63,550 bases of DNA. It comes from a virus (lineage: Duplodnaviria > Caudoviricetes). This document shows positions 62,382-63,550 of this stretch, in pieces. The stretch is from IMG/VR virus record IMGVR_UViG_3300035201_000143, positions 1-63,550 of that record; one strand, given 5' to 3'. The notes beneath the pieces are model-generated. The model saw nothing but the letters and a program-made list of their open reading frames with translations, was not told the DNA's origin and searched no databases. Each line of letters starts with the position of its first letter. The first letter of the stretch is position 1. A program made the translations under genes and the position numbers.

Positions 62382-63550
62382 TACTCTTTAGTTGCTGTAA
62401 ATTTACTCTTTGCTACATCTACGTCAAGATATACTTCTCTAAGTACAGTGACATCATTAGATGCAGGTTTTACACGCAGTTCAATACGATTATCAGAAAA
62501 ACTTCCTTGAATGATAGTTAGATCATATAACTTGATCTCACCATGAACATAATCAATATCACCCAAAGAGTCATTTAAAACAATCTTATCGCCTGACACT
62601 GAATCTAGTCTATATAGCACTATTTTACCCGATCTATCCTCTAGATACGTGGTATAGTTTGGATATTCTAAAGTTATGAAACCTGTTGATGATACAACGG
62701 GATTATCACAATCAACATCAAATGCATTTTGGTAACATACCTCATAAAATGTAGTTGAATTCAACTGTGCATAGAAATCTTTCCTTAGTGTGATTGAGGT
62801 TAGGTTAGAACGGATCGCTCTATCTGAATCATCAATGACACTAATGAATTTCGAATATCTGAACTTACCATTGAACTTCTCTGTCTGAGATGTCTTCAAA
62901 TATTCTGTTATTGCTTGTGCAGCATTAGATGCTACTTGTTGCGGAAGTAACTCTGTCTTAGTACCATCAAAATAGATACTTGAATCCATTTCAACATAAA
63001 GAATAGATGGATCTATTAATACAGGTCTTACAGATCCTACAGAATACTTCTTGAGGTCTTTGGCAATCGTACCTTTAGTATATGCGGAAAGGAATGATGC
63101 ATCAGATGGTTTAATAGAGACAAACACCTTACCATAGTCAGGTGGAACTTGCTCCTCGCCACCAAATACAATAATATCACTAATAGCAGGATATACATTA
63201 CGTACAATCACTTCATAGTCAGAACTAGTGACTGCCCTGTTCTGAGAAGAGAAGAATTTAGGTGCAAGATACTTAATCTTAGCAACACTCTCAATATCCT
63301 CACCACCATACGCTTTCTCTACTGTAGAAATAGATTGAACCTGATATGGAATTGTTAAAGTCGTAATACCATCACTCAATACACCACCAAACGTAAATGT
63401 CTTGGCACCATTGACTTCTTTGCCATGTGTTACCACATATGACATTTGAACGACATTACCATTATCCAGTTTCTTACCTAGAACACCGTCACCAAAGACA
63501 ATCTCATAGTTTTCATCTTCAATTTCATTCACAAAGAAAACTGGAGCGTT
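62381..63550 (-). CDS. gp6: Baseplate wedge subunit (5' end outside the window)
   Basis: YEIVFGDGVLGK, GG.DIES...IK..AP..FSSQNRAVT..DY, GGEE..PP.YGKVF.SIKP and F.GKFRYSK; frame stays open to the window edge (NAPVFFVNEI). Confidence 0.94.
   Translation of the reverse strand, partial: NAPVFFVNEIEDENYEIVFGDGVLGKKLDNGNVVQMSYVVTHGKEVNGAKTFTFGGVLSDGITTLTIPYQVQSISTVEKAYGGEDIESVAKIKYLAPKFFSSQNRAVTSSDYEVIVRNVYPAISDIIVFGGEEQVPPDYGKVFVSIKPSDASFLSAYTKGTIAKDLKKYSVGSVRPVLIDPSILYVEMDSSIYFDGTKTELLPQQVASNAAQAITEYLKTSQTEKFNGKFRYSKFISVIDDSDRAIRSNLTSITLRKDFYAQLNSTTFYEVCYQNAFDVDCDNPVVSSTGFITLEYPNYTTYLEDRSGKIVLYRLDSVSGDKIVLNDSLGDIDYVHGEIKLYDLTIIQGSFSDNRIELRVKPASNDVTVLREVYLDVDVAKSKFTATKE

Noticed and set aside
4593-63358. 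Many short + strand ORFs rich in V/P/L/S (e.g. 4593, 10000, 27521, 31521, 54370, 56758)
   Set aside because: Antisense shadows of G/T/S-rich structural genes with no motifs or ribosome-binding context; only hldD is supported on the + strand.
1-63550. tRNA, rRNA or structured ncRNA genes and IS elements
   Set aside because: Intergenic gaps are short (about 110 nt or less) and largely accounted for by promoters or terminators; no cloverleaf, transposase or integrase signature recognised by eye.

Overview
63.5 kb of a T4-like marine cyanomyovirus (Kyanoviridae-type) late/virion region, almost all on the minus strand. In transcription order it reads: gp6 (partial) - gp7 - gp8 - VrlC/DUF4815 - collar/HxH tail fibre - accessory structural genes (including a 1817-aa repeat protein and a 1364-aa fibre) - three Cys/Gly-rich paralogs plus a chaperone-like gene - an 8.4-kb enzyme cassette (GT9-type glycosyltransferase, two carbamoyltransferase + 2OG-Fe(II) oxygenase pairs, NDP-heptose pathway) - more structural genes - gp13, gp14, gp15, gp16 - small ORFs - nuclease - gp17 (partial). 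T4 late promoters (TATAAATA) and two intrinsic terminators are visible. Two signals stand out. (1) A ~3.1-kb part of the 1817-aa gene is almost free of TAA/TAG/TGA in all three sense frames, with none at all over ~2.2 kb, apparently through synonymous codon choice. (2) A late-promoter-driven heptose-synthesis/heptosyl-transfer/carbamoylation cassette sits beside three Cys-rich adhesin-like proteins and may be a phage-encoded virion or host-surface glycosylation system. All product calls come from motif recognition and synteny by eye; no searches were run.
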